From NCBI GenBank assembly GCA_946415365.1, contig CAMKSE010000007.1:13566-77565 (forward strand): DNA of 64,000 bases. The letters run 5' to 3'. Below the pieces are notes generated by a model. It made no database searches, was not told the origin of the DNA, and was given only the letters and a program-made list of their open reading frames with translations. A program made the position numbers and the translations under genes. Shown one piece after another: positions 44,641 to 54,276 of the stretch. This DNA comes from an uncultured Prevotellaceae bacterium (GTDB lineage Bacteria > Bacteroidota > Bacteroidia > Bacteroidales > Bacteroidaceae). Each line of letters begins with the position of its first letter. The stretch's first letter is position 1.

Positions 44641-45457
44641 CATCAAGATTTTCATTTGTGCCCATAAAGAGGTGCCTCTGCCACAACATCCATACTTCCT
44701 GCCTGTTCAGGCAGGAGCAGCACTGCACGATCTAATCCCCAGCTACCAGCCAGATAATGAGGGAGAAAATATCTCATCTAAAAATCCACATTTCTGTGAG
44801 CTTACCTGCCATTATTGGGCATGGAAGAATTTGAAGAATGTTGATATTATCGGCCTTAATCACTATCGTCGCTATTTCGACTTCCAGAAGAAATGGCCGC
44901 AATTCTCTTCAGATAAACGTTTCATACCAACAGATGAGTTTTTGAAGCACCCCTACATATTTCCCAATCTTGAAGAGATATTACAAAAATATGACATCAT
45001 CCTGCCTGTAGCCCGTCACTGGCGTGTCAGCAATACCAAACAATACGGTGAGTATCATATTGCTAAGGATTGGGAAATGCTCCGTCAGATTATTAAGGAA
45101 CGTTCGCCTCAATATATCCACGCCTTTGAGAAGACGATGGATCACAGTAACAAATCCGTAGGCTACAACATGTTTATCACCAGTTGGAAGCATTTCGACG
45201 CCTATTCCGAGTGGCTCTTTGATATTCTTTTTGAGGTGGAACGGCGGGTCCCCCCTATTAATGACCCCATCCAAAGCCGTATCTATGGCTACATGAGCGA
45301 ACGGTTGATTAATGTTTTCTGCGAACACTATCATCTCCGCATCAAGCACATCCCCCTCATTATGCCACTGGATGATATCAGCAATAAGTTGAACATATCT
45401 AATTTTCATTCTGTCATAAGGAAAATAATTAACAACTATCATTATTACATGAAATGA
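44633..45457 (+). CDS. DUF4422-like putative glycosyltransferase
   Basis: IFICAHKEVPLP...PVQAGAAL...ENISSKNPHFCELTCHYWAWKN...HYRRYF pattern. Overlaps its neighbours by 8 and 4 nt. Confidence 0.65.
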   Translation: MSNIKIFICAHKEVPLPQHPYFLPVQAGAALHDLIPSYQPDNEGENISSKNPHFCELTCHYWAWKNLKNVDIIGLNHYRRYFDFQKKWPQFSSDKRFIPTDEFLKHPYIFPNLEEILQKYDIILPVARHWRVSNTKQYGEYHIAKDWEMLRQIIKERSPQYIHAFEKTMDHSNKSVGYNMFITSWKHFDAYSEWLFDILFEVERRVPPINDPIQSRIYGYMSERLINVFCEHYHLRIKHIPLIMPLDDISNKLNISNFHSVIRKIINNYHYYMK

Positions 45458-46464
45458 AAGAGAGAATTAAATGGGTTGATTGGACAAAAACCATATGTAT
45501 GTTTTTGGTAATTTTAGGACATTGTCATCTTCATGAAACCTACAAGTCAATCACAACAATTATTTACACCTTTCACATGCCTCTTTTCTTTTTCATTTCA
45601 GGTTTACTATGTAGATCAAATTGGAGTGTCAAATCCCTTATAAAGGATATAAAATTCATTCTAATTCCATATATGACGTATGGATTAATAAGCATCTTTA
45701 TTGACAGCTTTCTTTCACACAGATTATCATCTGATGTTATTTACACAGAACTAATCAGATATCTTATGGGTTATGACATTTCTATTGGGCCTATTTGGTT
45801 TCTTCCTGCACTATTTACTTGTAAGCAATTATTTTTCCTTTTTCGTTGTATTGATTATAGCCATTACACTAAATTATTTCTCTTTATCACTTCTTTATTT
45901 CCTATCTATTTCATATTCCATCAAAACATAAATCTTCCTTTTTTTATCGATTCAGGTATTTGTGCACTTCCTTTTTTTTATTTCGGACATTATAGTTCAG
46001 AAATGACAAAAAAGATTAAGCAATTAGCCCCAAGTTCACAGATCATATTATTCATCATCATCATATTATTATTAGTTCCTCTGGGACAGTTGAATGGTTC
46101 TGTAGTAATAGCTGATTGCATATATGGAAACAATCTGTTCTTATACTATATAAACGCATTTATTGGCATAGTTTTAATAATACAAATAAGTATTTCTTTA
46201 GAAAACAAATCGCATCGAATAATCTACACTTTTGCATATGGTTCTATTGTAACCCTAGGGATACATGGATATATTCTTCGCTTCTTTCATTACTATCTTC
46301 CTGTTGCATTAGGATATTACAAACCAACATACTCATTACTGACGGCTTTGTTATACAGCACCTTAGTTTATACGATATGCTTCGCAATAATTCTTGTTAT
46401 AGACAGAACTAAACTTTCCAATATGTTTGGATTAAAAGGTGGAGTAATATCACCTAATAAATAA
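45454..46464 (+). CDS. Acyltransferase-3 family membrane O-acyltransferase
   Basis: WVDWTKTICMFLVILGH...FHMPLFFFISG, about 10 TM helices. Confidence 0.83.
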   Translation: MKERIKWVDWTKTICMFLVILGHCHLHETYKSITTIIYTFHMPLFFFISGLLCRSNWSVKSLIKDIKFILIPYMTYGLISIFIDSFLSHRLSSDVIYTELIRYLMGYDISIGPIWFLPALFTCKQLFFLFRCIDYSHYTKLFLFITSLFPIYFIFHQNINLPFFIDSGICALPFFYFGHYSSEMTKKIKQLAPSSQIILFIIIILLLVPLGQLNGSVVIADCIYGNNLFLYYINAFIGIVLIIQISISLENKSHRIIYTFAYGSIVTLGIHGYILRFFHYYLPVALGYYKPTYSLLTALLYSTLVYTICFAIILVIDRTKLSNMFGLKGGVISPNK

Positions 46465-46498
46465 ACAAACTATATTGTCTGCAGAATTGCTATGACTA

Positions 46499-47284
46499 TT
46501 ATCTCTTTCGACTGCGAATATAAGTAATGATTTTATCTGCAATACATGTATCTAATACCAAGTACCCTTTGGCATTCAAATGCATAAGCCCGCCATCATA
46601 AAGGCCTCTGATATCCTTATAGCCATCAGGATTCCAGTCTTTATATGATATTGTTATCACCTTATTTTCCCATTTTTTTTCCTTTATTAAAGAATTATAT
46701 GCATCGCGATAATCCTGTATACAATCCATCTTTGACCATGTCAAAAGCATAGAAACCAAATATTGTATTTTTATCTGTCTGCTTCTGCGTTTATATGAGA
46801 AATGAATGTCATAAGAAGGTATTTCCAGTACGACGGGTGTTATATGTTTTTCCAATAACAGTTCTATAATGAGCCTCATATTCTCTTTATAATAACTTTT
46901 CCCCATTTTTCTGTCAGAATCATTGATTCCAGCCACTATAAAACAAAAGTCAGGCCCCCATTCTATTACATCTCTGATAGAATCTTCTCTAAAAATACAA
47001 TAATATAAATATTTAGATGTAAGGCCACTAATACCTGCCGTCCTAACGACAACAGGACGTCCTGTAGCATCGCTGACAGAGGAAACAATATCACAATTTA
47101 CATTTTTATGACGATCAGCCCAACTATCACCTATATAGGCGATTCGGATTGTATCGTCTTGATGACACATTACAGACAATCCTTTTTGTTTTTCTGCTGG
47201 AGTAAAATATGGCTTAAGATAATACCCTATACAAACAACTATTAGAGATAATACAAGCAATAACAATAATAACCACCGTCTCAT
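46499..47284 (-). CDS. SGNH/GDSL-family hydrolase with N-terminal membrane anchor
   Basis: ORF 46499..47329. Start MRRWLLLLLLVLSL lies downstream of the -7 box. Block I YIGDSW, block III AGINDS, block V DGGLMHL. Confidence 0.75.
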   Translation of the reverse strand: MRRWLLLLLLVLSLIVVCIGYYLKPYFTPAEKQKGLSVMCHQDDTIRIAYIGDSWADRHKNVNCDIVSSVSDATGRPVVVRTAGISGLTSKYLYYCIFREDSIRDVIEWGPDFCFIVAGINDSDRKMGKSYYKENMRLIIELLLEKHITPVVLEIPSYDIHFSYKRRSRQIKIQYLVSMLLTWSKMDCIQDYRDAYNSLIKEKKWENKVITISYKDWNPDGYKDIRGLYDGGLMHLNAKGYLVLDTCIADKIITYIRSRKR

Positions 47285-47299
47285 ATTCCTATTTTTCTG

Positions 47300-47307
47300 C
47301 AAAATTA
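47300..47307 (-). promoter_or_regulatory. -7 box (taattttg on minus strand) for the SGNH hydrolase gene
   Basis: The complement of caaaatta reads taattttg, 16 nt upstream of the ATG at 47284. Confidence 0.5.
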
Positions 47308-47350
47308 TCAAAAAATAATGAAAGAACATCCATTATTTACAAGAATTTAT

Positions 47351-47358
47351 TAATTTTG
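47351..47358 (+). promoter_or_regulatory. -7 box (taattttg) for the acyltransferase at 47378
   Basis: taattttgcag lies 20 nt upstream of the ATG. Confidence 0.5.
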
Positions 47359-47377
47359 CAGAGACAAGCCACGATAT

Positions 47378-48415
47378 ATGCCACATAACTCTAAAAACAA
47401 TTATATATCAATAGCAAAGGCATTGGGAATCATTCTGATGGTAGTTGGACACTCTGGATGCCCTACTACTATCTGCAGGTTTATCTATCTTTTCCATATG
47501 CCTTTATTCTTTATCTGCTCTGGTTATTTTTTTAAGGATATCTCTGACTGGCCATCACTTCATTCTTTCTATAAGAAAAGAATGAAAGGTTTATATCTGC
47601 CATATTTGAAATGGAGTCTGTTGTTCCTTCTTTTACACAATACATTTCGACATTTACATATCACAGAGAGTGTCATTTACCAGAAAGAAGATTATGTCAG
47701 ACAACTCATAAAGATGATATTTATGACAGACTACGAATTACTGATACGTCCGTTTTGGTTTATTAAAGAATTATTTTTTGCATCTCTAATTGTAGCAACC
47801 ATATCATTTCTTAACTCTCGTCTTTTTGACAAGAAGAAACCTGAGTCGTTTTTTGTGATTGCCATTATTTCTTCTGTCATTTCGAAGTTCGTTTCACCCA
47901 TACCTATAATTGGAGATTGCTCTGTATTGTGCCTTAGTGTTTTATATTATTATACAGGCATTTTAATATACAAATACAAACAGTTTATTCCATTATCATA
48001 CACGACTTTGATATTAACATTCATTATTGTACTATCGGGGAGTTTATTCTTTAAGGGGACTATTGATATGCGATTTACGAATATATATAACCAGATCCCA
48101 TATTACATTTTATCCATCACAGGTATTATTATGATTCTATGTATCTCCCAAAAACTTGAAACAACAAACAAAGTCTCACTACTATATTATATAGGGAATC
48201 ACACGATGCCTATTTTAGCACTTAACCTTTTAGCATTAAAATTTGGAAGTTGCTTAAAAATATGGATATTCGGATTACCCATTGAACAACTGGCATCGTA
48301 TACCGTAATCTACGACTACAATTCATGGTATTGGCTTATATATACAATCATAGGTGTTACTATACCTTTACTGATTCATTTTTTATATCTCAAAATCCTT
48401 CATTGTTTTATTTAA
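47378..48415 (+). CDS. Acyltransferase-3 family membrane O-acyltransferase
   Basis: ISIAKALGIILMVVGH...FHMPLFFICSG, polytopic. Confidence 0.83.
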   Translation: MPHNSKNNYISIAKALGIILMVVGHSGCPTTICRFIYLFHMPLFFICSGYFFKDISDWPSLHSFYKKRMKGLYLPYLKWSLLFLLLHNTFRHLHITESVIYQKEDYVRQLIKMIFMTDYELLIRPFWFIKELFFASLIVATISFLNSRLFDKKKPESFFVIAIISSVISKFVSPIPIIGDCSVLCLSVLYYYTGILIYKYKQFIPLSYTTLILTFIIVLSGSLFFKGTIDMRFTNIYNQIPYYILSITGIIMILCISQKLETTNKVSLLYYIGNHTMPILALNLLALKFGSCLKIWIFGLPIEQLASYTVIYDYNSWYWLIYTIIGVTIPLLIHFLYLKILHCFI

Positions 48416-48468
48416 CGTTAATATGAGAGTTTTTTTTCTTTTTCTTTTGAAATCACAAATAAAGTTAG

Positions 48469-48476
48469 TAAATTTG
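48469..48476 (+). promoter_or_regulatory. -7 box (taaatttg) for wzm/wzt
   Basis: Lies 19 nt upstream of the ATG at 48495. Confidence 0.5.
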
Positions 48477-48494
48477 CACTAAATTTGAATTCCT

Positions 48495-49346
48495 ATGACC
48501 AAAGATTGGGATATTATTATAACTAATAGAAGTAAACTACTAAGTGTAGATTTGCATGAAGTTTGGCGATATCGCGATTTACTTTCGATGTATGTAAAAC
48601 GTGATATCATCACATTTTATAAGCAAACGATTCTTGGTCCGTTATGGTTTATTATCCAACCACTCTTCACCACCATCATGTTTATGTTTGTATTTGGTGG
48701 CATTGCCGGAATCTCTACAGATGGTATTCCCCAAGCTGTTTTCTATCTGGCAGGATTAGTCTGTTGGAACTACTTCCAAGATTGCCTCAGCAAATGTTCT
48801 GATACATTCAATGCCAATCAGGCAATCTTCGGCAAAGTTTACTTCCCACGATTAGTAGTTCCCTTGTCTATCGTCATTTCAAATCTGATTAAGATGGCCA
48901 TCCAATTTGTATTGTTCTTGGTCGTTTATATATATTATTTTGCATCCGGTGTGGACTTCCATATCAATGCCACGATTCTTCTTGTTCCTTTACTCATCGT
49001 TATGCTTGGATGTTTGGGGCTTGGCTTTGGAATGATCATCTCATCTATGACAACAAAGTATCGCGACCTCAGGTTTTTAATTACATTTGGAGTCCAACTA
49101 TGGATGTATGCGACACCAGTTATTTACCCTCTTTCTGTGATGAAGGAAACCTACCCCAAATATATTTGGGTTTTAGTTGCAAACCCCTTGACTGCCATTC
49201 TGGAAACCTTTAAATACGCTTTTACTGGCGTTGGAGAATTCAACTGGCTTTATTTAGGATACAGTTTTGTTTTTACCATCATCATTCTCTTACTCGGCAT
49301 TGTGATTTTCAACCGCGTACAGCGCAACTTTATGGATGTCATTTAA
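48495..49346 (+). CDS. wzm: Polysaccharide ABC transporter permease (ABC-2 type, Wzm-like)
   Basis: Six TM helices with the ABC-2 pattern, next to the Wzt-like ATPase. Confidence 0.87.
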   Translation: MTKDWDIIITNRSKLLSVDLHEVWRYRDLLSMYVKRDIITFYKQTILGPLWFIIQPLFTTIMFMFVFGGIAGISTDGIPQAVFYLAGLVCWNYFQDCLSKCSDTFNANQAIFGKVYFPRLVVPLSIVISNLIKMAIQFVLFLVVYIYYFASGVDFHINATILLVPLLIVMLGCLGLGFGMIISSMTTKYRDLRFLITFGVQLWMYATPVIYPLSVMKETYPKYIWVLVANPLTAILETFKYAFTGVGEFNWLYLGYSFVFTIIILLLGIVIFNRVQRNFMDVI

Positions 49347-49358
49347 ACTATCTTGGCT

Positions 49359-50630
49359 ATGAGCAATACAGTTATAGAATTCAATAACGTAGGCAAACAA
49401 TATATCCTCGGTACCATTGGTACTGGCACATTAAGCCAGGACCTCAATCGCTGGTGGGCCAATATCCGTGGGAAGGAAGATCCCTATCTGAAAATCGGCG
49501 AAACGAATGACCGTACCCAGAAAGGCTACAGCCGGTTTGTATGGGCACTCCGTGATATTAATTTCAAAGTAGAGCAAGGCGATGTAGTTGGCATCGTGGG
49601 GAAAAATGGTGCGGGAAAATCGACTTTATTGAAGATTCTTTCTCGCGTCACCTCCCCTACTACTGGCGACATCAAGATTAAAGGACGTATTGCTTCACTC
49701 CTTGAGGTCGGTACAGGTTTCCATCCAGAGATGACTGGCCGTGAAAATATCTTTATGAACGGATCAATCATGGGTATGACCAAAACAGAGATCAAGAGTA
49801 AGTTCGATGAGATTGTGGACTTCGCTGGTGTAGCCAAATACGTCGACACCCCTGTCAAACGATATTCTTCTGGTATGATGGTTCGATTGGGTTTTGCCAT
49901 TGCAGCCCATTTGGAACCAGAGATACTCGTAGTTGATGAAGTCCTTGCCGTCGGTGATGCAGAATTCCAGAAGAAAGCCATCGGAAAAATGCAAGAGGTC
50001 AGTAAAGGGCAAGGCCGTACAGTCCTCTTTGTCAGTCATAATATGGCTGCTGTAAAAAGCCTCTGTACAACGGGAATTGTATTACAGAATGGTATGACTG
50101 CATTTGCTGGTGATATTGATAAAACACTTAAGTTCTATCTGAAAGAGACACCAGAAACCAACGACGGGATGATACAAGATGCCATCAAACATAAAAAAAA
50201 GGATATCGAATTTAAGCGAATTCAAATTAACGGAACAGAACAACGTAATAGTACTATCACAAGTGATCAAAAAATGCTATCTCTTCGTATAGAAGGATAC
50301 ACTCCAGAAGAAATAAAAACAGATGTTATGTTGGTGCTTAAAACAAAAGACGGCATCCCTTTGGCTACTTTGGCAGAAGGCCACTATAAAGGTCTTATCC
50401 AAACCATTCCTGCAGGTGATTTTATCATTCAGAAGGAAATATGTCTGCCTGAATTTCTCTCTAATGGTCAACTCTATTGCGATCTGATGATGCATCACCC
50501 CATGGTTGAATGGCAACTACAAGCACCTAATTGTTGTGTCTTGGACTGCGAAGGACACCAAGAAGGATATGGTAGTGCCATTAACCAGCATCAATTTGGC
50601 TTCATGGGATTAATAAGTAATAATTCATAA
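49359..50630 (+). CDS. wzt: Polysaccharide ABC transporter ATP-binding protein with extra C-terminal domain (Wzt-like)
   Basis: ORF 49353 starts at a TTG; the ATG at 49359 gives MSNTVIEF. Walker A GKNGAGKST, signature YSSGM, Walker B ILVVDE. About 175 additional C-terminal residues. Confidence 0.88.
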   Translation: MSNTVIEFNNVGKQYILGTIGTGTLSQDLNRWWANIRGKEDPYLKIGETNDRTQKGYSRFVWALRDINFKVEQGDVVGIVGKNGAGKSTLLKILSRVTSPTTGDIKIKGRIASLLEVGTGFHPEMTGRENIFMNGSIMGMTKTEIKSKFDEIVDFAGVAKYVDTPVKRYSSGMMVRLGFAIAAHLEPEILVVDEVLAVGDAEFQKKAIGKMQEVSKGQGRTVLFVSHNMAAVKSLCTTGIVLQNGMTAFAGDIDKTLKFYLKETPETNDGMIQDAIKHKKKDIEFKRIQINGTEQRNSTITSDQKMLSLRIEGYTPEEIKTDVMLVLKTKDGIPLATLAEGHYKGLIQTIPAGDFIIQKEICLPEFLSNGQLYCDLMMHHPMVEWQLQAPNCCVLDCEGHQEGYGSAINQHQFGFMGLISNNS

Positions 50631-50639
50631 GACAACAGA

Positions 50640-51758
50640 ATGAAAAAAAACATAATAACTGTTACATCTCCTCTTTTACCAAATCTTGATGAGTTTCATG
50701 ATTTGCTAAAAGACATATGGGAAAAGAGATGGATCACAAATAATGGCTCATATCATCAACAGTTGGAAAAAGCTCTTGCAGAATATCTGAAGGTACCATT
50801 TGTGAGTTTATTTACAAATGGAACACTCCCCCTGATTACAGCATTGCAAGCATTAAGGATAACCGGCGAAGTCATCACAACACCCTATAGTTTCGTTGCA
50901 ACGACTCATGCGTTATGGTGGAATGGTATTAAACCGGTATTTGTTGATATTGATCCGAATAACGGATGTCTTGACCCAAACAAGATAGAAGCCGCAATTA
51001 CGCCTAAGACGACGGCAATCATGCCTGTTCATGTTTATGGAATGCCATGTAACACAAAGGCAATTCAAGATATTGCTGACAAATATGGTCTCAAAGTCAT
51101 ATATGATGCAGCTCATGTTTTTGGTGTTGAAGTCAATGGCGAAAGCATTCTGAATGCTGGAGACATGGCTACGCTCAGTTTCCATGCCACAAAGGTTTAC
51201 AATACGATAGAAGGCGGCGCAATGATTATGCATGACGAGAAAACAAAGCAACGTATTGATTTTTTAAAGAACTTCGGATTTGCCAATGAGATTGAAGTTG
51301 TTGCCCCTGGTATCAATTCGAAAATGGATGAAATGCGTAGCGCTTATGGATTGTTAAATTTGAAGCAAGTTGACAATGCAATCAAAGCCCGGCATGAAGT
51401 AGCTGATAAATACCGTGAAGCACTTCGTGGCGTTCCCGGGATCTCATATTGGGAAGATATTACTGGGGTTAAACATAATTATTCGTATTTACCCATTTTT
51501 GTAGATTCAAAAGAATACGGAATGACTCGCGATGAACTCTATTTTAAAATGAGAGATGAAAATGTATATGGGCGACGCTATTTCTATCCTTTAATCAGCA
51601 CATTTTCTACATATCGCGGACTGCCAAGTGCAACCAAGGAGAATCTGCCAATAGCAACAAAGATGGCAGATGAAGTTATTTGCCTACCTATGCATCACGC
51701 ATTAAGTGATGATGATATTCATAGAGTTGTTAGATGTATTCAAAAGAATTACAAATGA
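50640..51758 (+). CDS. DegT/DnrJ/EryC1/StrS-family sugar aminotransferase
   Basis: PLP-lysine context SFHATKVYNTIEGG, typical length. Confidence 0.9.
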   Translation: MKKNIITVTSPLLPNLDEFHDLLKDIWEKRWITNNGSYHQQLEKALAEYLKVPFVSLFTNGTLPLITALQALRITGEVITTPYSFVATTHALWWNGIKPVFVDIDPNNGCLDPNKIEAAITPKTTAIMPVHVYGMPCNTKAIQDIADKYGLKVIYDAAHVFGVEVNGESILNAGDMATLSFHATKVYNTIEGGAMIMHDEKTKQRIDFLKNFGFANEIEVVAPGINSKMDEMRSAYGLLNLKQVDNAIKARHEVADKYREALRGVPGISYWEDITGVKHNYSYLPIFVDSKEYGMTRDELYFKMRDENVYGRRYFYPLISTFSTYRGLPSATKENLPIATKMADEVICLPMHHALSDDDIHRVVRCIQKNYK

Positions 51759-53032
51759 AATCTGACAAAGAATTAAAAGGGAAAAAACTCCTGATTTTGG
51801 CAGGTGCAGATGTCCATGTCAAAGTTGTTAATGCCGCTAAAGAACTAGGGGTATATACAATCGTTACAGATTACTTATCCCCTCAGGAATCTCCAGCGAA
51901 ACTGATTGCAGATGAGTTCTGGATGCTGGACATTAAAGACACAGATGGAATTGTTGAGAAATGTCGGAAAGAATCTGTCGATGGTGTTCTTGCTTTTTGT
52001 ATCGACCCCGCACAAATACCATATCAACAAATTTGTGAAAAATTAGATGTTCCATGTTATGGAACAAAAGAACAATTTAAGATATTAACAAACAAACGCT
52101 TTTTCAAGCAATATTGTCTAAAACATGGTGTGGATGTTATACCTGAATATTCCATTAATGATGCTTATGAAGGAAAAATAACTTTCCCTGTTTTGATAAA
52201 GCCAACAGATAGTCGTGGTTCTAGAGGTCAAACGGTTTGCTATTCTCAGGATGAGATTGAAAATGCCATTCTTGTTGCAAGAAAAGAATCTAAAGACAAT
52301 GGTGTCATTATTGAGCATTATATGTTGGGCAAGCAGGACATGTCTTTTGCCTATATCGTTATAAACAGTGAACCATATTTGTTGAAAATTGGTGACCGAA
52401 TATTGGGTAAAGTTGAAGACAATCTAGAAAGGCAACAAATTGCGACAATTCTTCCATCTCGCCATATAGTACAATACCGACGCGATATAGAACCAAAGGT
52501 AATTGAAATGATAAAATCATTAGGAATCACATTTGGTGCCGTTTTCTTACAAGGATTTTGGAATAATAATCGCGTATATATGTACGATCCCGGATTGAGA
52601 TTTCCCGGGTCAGATTTTGACGTCGTGATGAAAATGGCAACAGGATTTGACAACATGAAATCCTTTGTTCACTTCGCACTTACAGGAGATGTATGCAGTC
52701 AATATGGAATTCCCCAAAATGCATGTGAGTTAAATGGCGGCATATGTATAATCCTTTCTGTATCATGTCGTGCAGGCAGAATTATGGTATTTGACGGTAT
52801 GGATATTATAAAAGCAAGTCCAAGTGTTCTATCAGCAAGCCAACGCCATCATGTTAATGATATTATATTTCCATCAGGCGATATTCAACAAAGGGTTGCA
52901 GAATTTGTTGCATTCCTCCCTAATAGAGCTTCTATAGAAACATTTTTATCTTTTGTATACGATAATCTAACTATTCTTGACGAAGAAGGTAAGGATATGA
53001 TCATATCAAAAATCAGTAAAAATCAATTATAA
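51755..53032 (+). CDS. ATP-grasp domain protein (putative amide ligase)
   Basis: ORF 51734..53032. The ATG at 51755 overlaps the upstream TGA. KKLLILAG pre-ATP-grasp region, FPVLIKPTDSRGSRG, and YMYDPGLRFPG in the C-terminal half. Confidence 0.78.
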   Translation: MKSDKELKGKKLLILAGADVHVKVVNAAKELGVYTIVTDYLSPQESPAKLIADEFWMLDIKDTDGIVEKCRKESVDGVLAFCIDPAQIPYQQICEKLDVPCYGTKEQFKILTNKRFFKQYCLKHGVDVIPEYSINDAYEGKITFPVLIKPTDSRGSRGQTVCYSQDEIENAILVARKESKDNGVIIEHYMLGKQDMSFAYIVINSEPYLLKIGDRILGKVEDNLERQQIATILPSRHIVQYRRDIEPKVIEMIKSLGITFGAVFLQGFWNNNRVYMYDPGLRFPGSDFDVVMKMATGFDNMKSFVHFALTGDVCSQYGIPQNACELNGGICIILSVSCRAGRIMVFDGMDIIKASPSVLSASQRHHVNDIIFPSGDIQQRVAEFVAFLPNRASIETFLSFVYDNLTILDEEGKDMIISKISKNQL

Positions 53033-53040
53033 GAACAAAC

Positions 53041-54276
53041 ATGAAAAGAGACCTATCATATTTAGCATCATGCCCTATTGCTGTTTTAGGAGCAGGAGCC
53101 GTGGGTAAGACTTTAGCTGCTGATTGTAAATTAGCAGGTCGTGAAGTTCGTCTATATTCACGCAGCAAGAAATCTATTGCCCTAGTAGAAAGGACTGGTA
53201 TCCTTATGGATGGCATTCAGAGAAACCTATATGGTTTTGAGCGGTCTGGTCGAGCTTTCGTAGATATTGTCACCAATGACATGGCAGAAGCAGTAAAGGG
53301 TGCGAAACTAATTCTAATGTCTGTTCCGGCTTTGGCTCATGAGGATTACTTGAAGAAATTAGTCCCTTTGTTAGAGGATGGTATGATCATTCATACATTC
53401 CCTGACAATTACGCAAGCTTTCTCCTTCGGAAATTTATGCGAGAATTGGGTTGTACCAAAGATGTTATCATTGGAGGATGGGGAAGTGCGCCTTATGGCA
53501 CACGCATTGAAAAGGTTCAAGGTTTTTGGACAAACCATGTAGGAATTAAATACCGAGCGATTTCTTTACGTGGAGCATGCCTTCCTATGAGCGACATGGA
53601 TGACTTTATTGAAAGCGGCAGGTATCTGCCCTGTATGGATTCCGTTTATACAGGGAATGGCCCGGAAAGAGGCGACACAATGCTTGACATTGGTTTCTCA
53701 AATGTTAATCCCGTCATTCATGTTCCCGCGTCATTGCTAGGAGTTTCTAGTATGGAGAACTGGTCTCTTGTATACGGCAATGCCCCAGATAGTTATTCCA
53801 TGTATTCCCATGGGTTATGTCCATCCATTTGCCGTGTACAATATCAATTTTATCAAGAAGAGGTCAATATAGCAAAGGCTATCGGGATTGATTATCCGAA
53901 GTATGAATATGAAATGTTCTTCTCGCGTCGCTCCATTCTTACACAAGAATATATGGGTTTAGATGAAAACGGAAAAGACAACGTAGTCTTCCCGCTTGAT
54001 AAACCATGCGATGAGGGTAATACCGGCCCTAACAATATTCATCATCGGTATATTACCGAAGACATCCCTGTGGGCTGTAAGATATATCATGACTTAGGTT
54101 TAAAATTTGGCGTCCCGACACCTATCATTGATTCTATGATTGTTCTTGGTGGTGCCATGCATGAAAAAAGTTTCTTTGAAGAAACAAAATATGATCTTGA
54201 TTATATAGGAATTGGCAGTTTAACAAAAGAAGAATTAAGGAACTATTTGTATAATGGGGGCTATGTCAACAAATGA
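53041..54276 (+). CDS. NAD(P)-dependent opine (octopine/nopaline) dehydrogenase-family protein
   Basis: Rossmann motif VLGAGAVGKT, NVNPVIHVP, and C-terminal HRYITEDIPVG, the hallmark of the Octopine_DH family. Confidence 0.75.
   Translation: MKRDLSYLASCPIAVLGAGAVGKTLAADCKLAGREVRLYSRSKKSIALVERTGILMDGIQRNLYGFERSGRAFVDIVTNDMAEAVKGAKLILMSVPALAHEDYLKKLVPLLEDGMIIHTFPDNYASFLLRKFMRELGCTKDVIIGGWGSAPYGTRIEKVQGFWTNHVGIKYRAISLRGACLPMSDMDDFIESGRYLPCMDSVYTGNGPERGDTMLDIGFSNVNPVIHVPASLLGVSSMENWSLVYGNAPDSYSMYSHGLCPSICRVQYQFYQEEVNIAKAIGIDYPKYEYEMFFSRRSILTQEYMGLDENGKDNVVFPLDKPCDEGNTGPNNIHHRYITEDIPVGCKIYHDLGLKFGVPTPIIDSMIVLGGAMHEKSFFEETKYDLDYIGIGSLTKEELRNYLYNGGYVNK

Noticed and set aside
50643-50650. A8 tracts inside coding regions (50643-50650 in the aminotransferase, 50193-50200 in wzt, T8 tracts in acyltransferase genes) as phase-variation switches
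   Set aside because: They encode Lys or Phe runs expected in about 30% GC DNA, and all are currently in frame. Without population data there is no evidence of switching.
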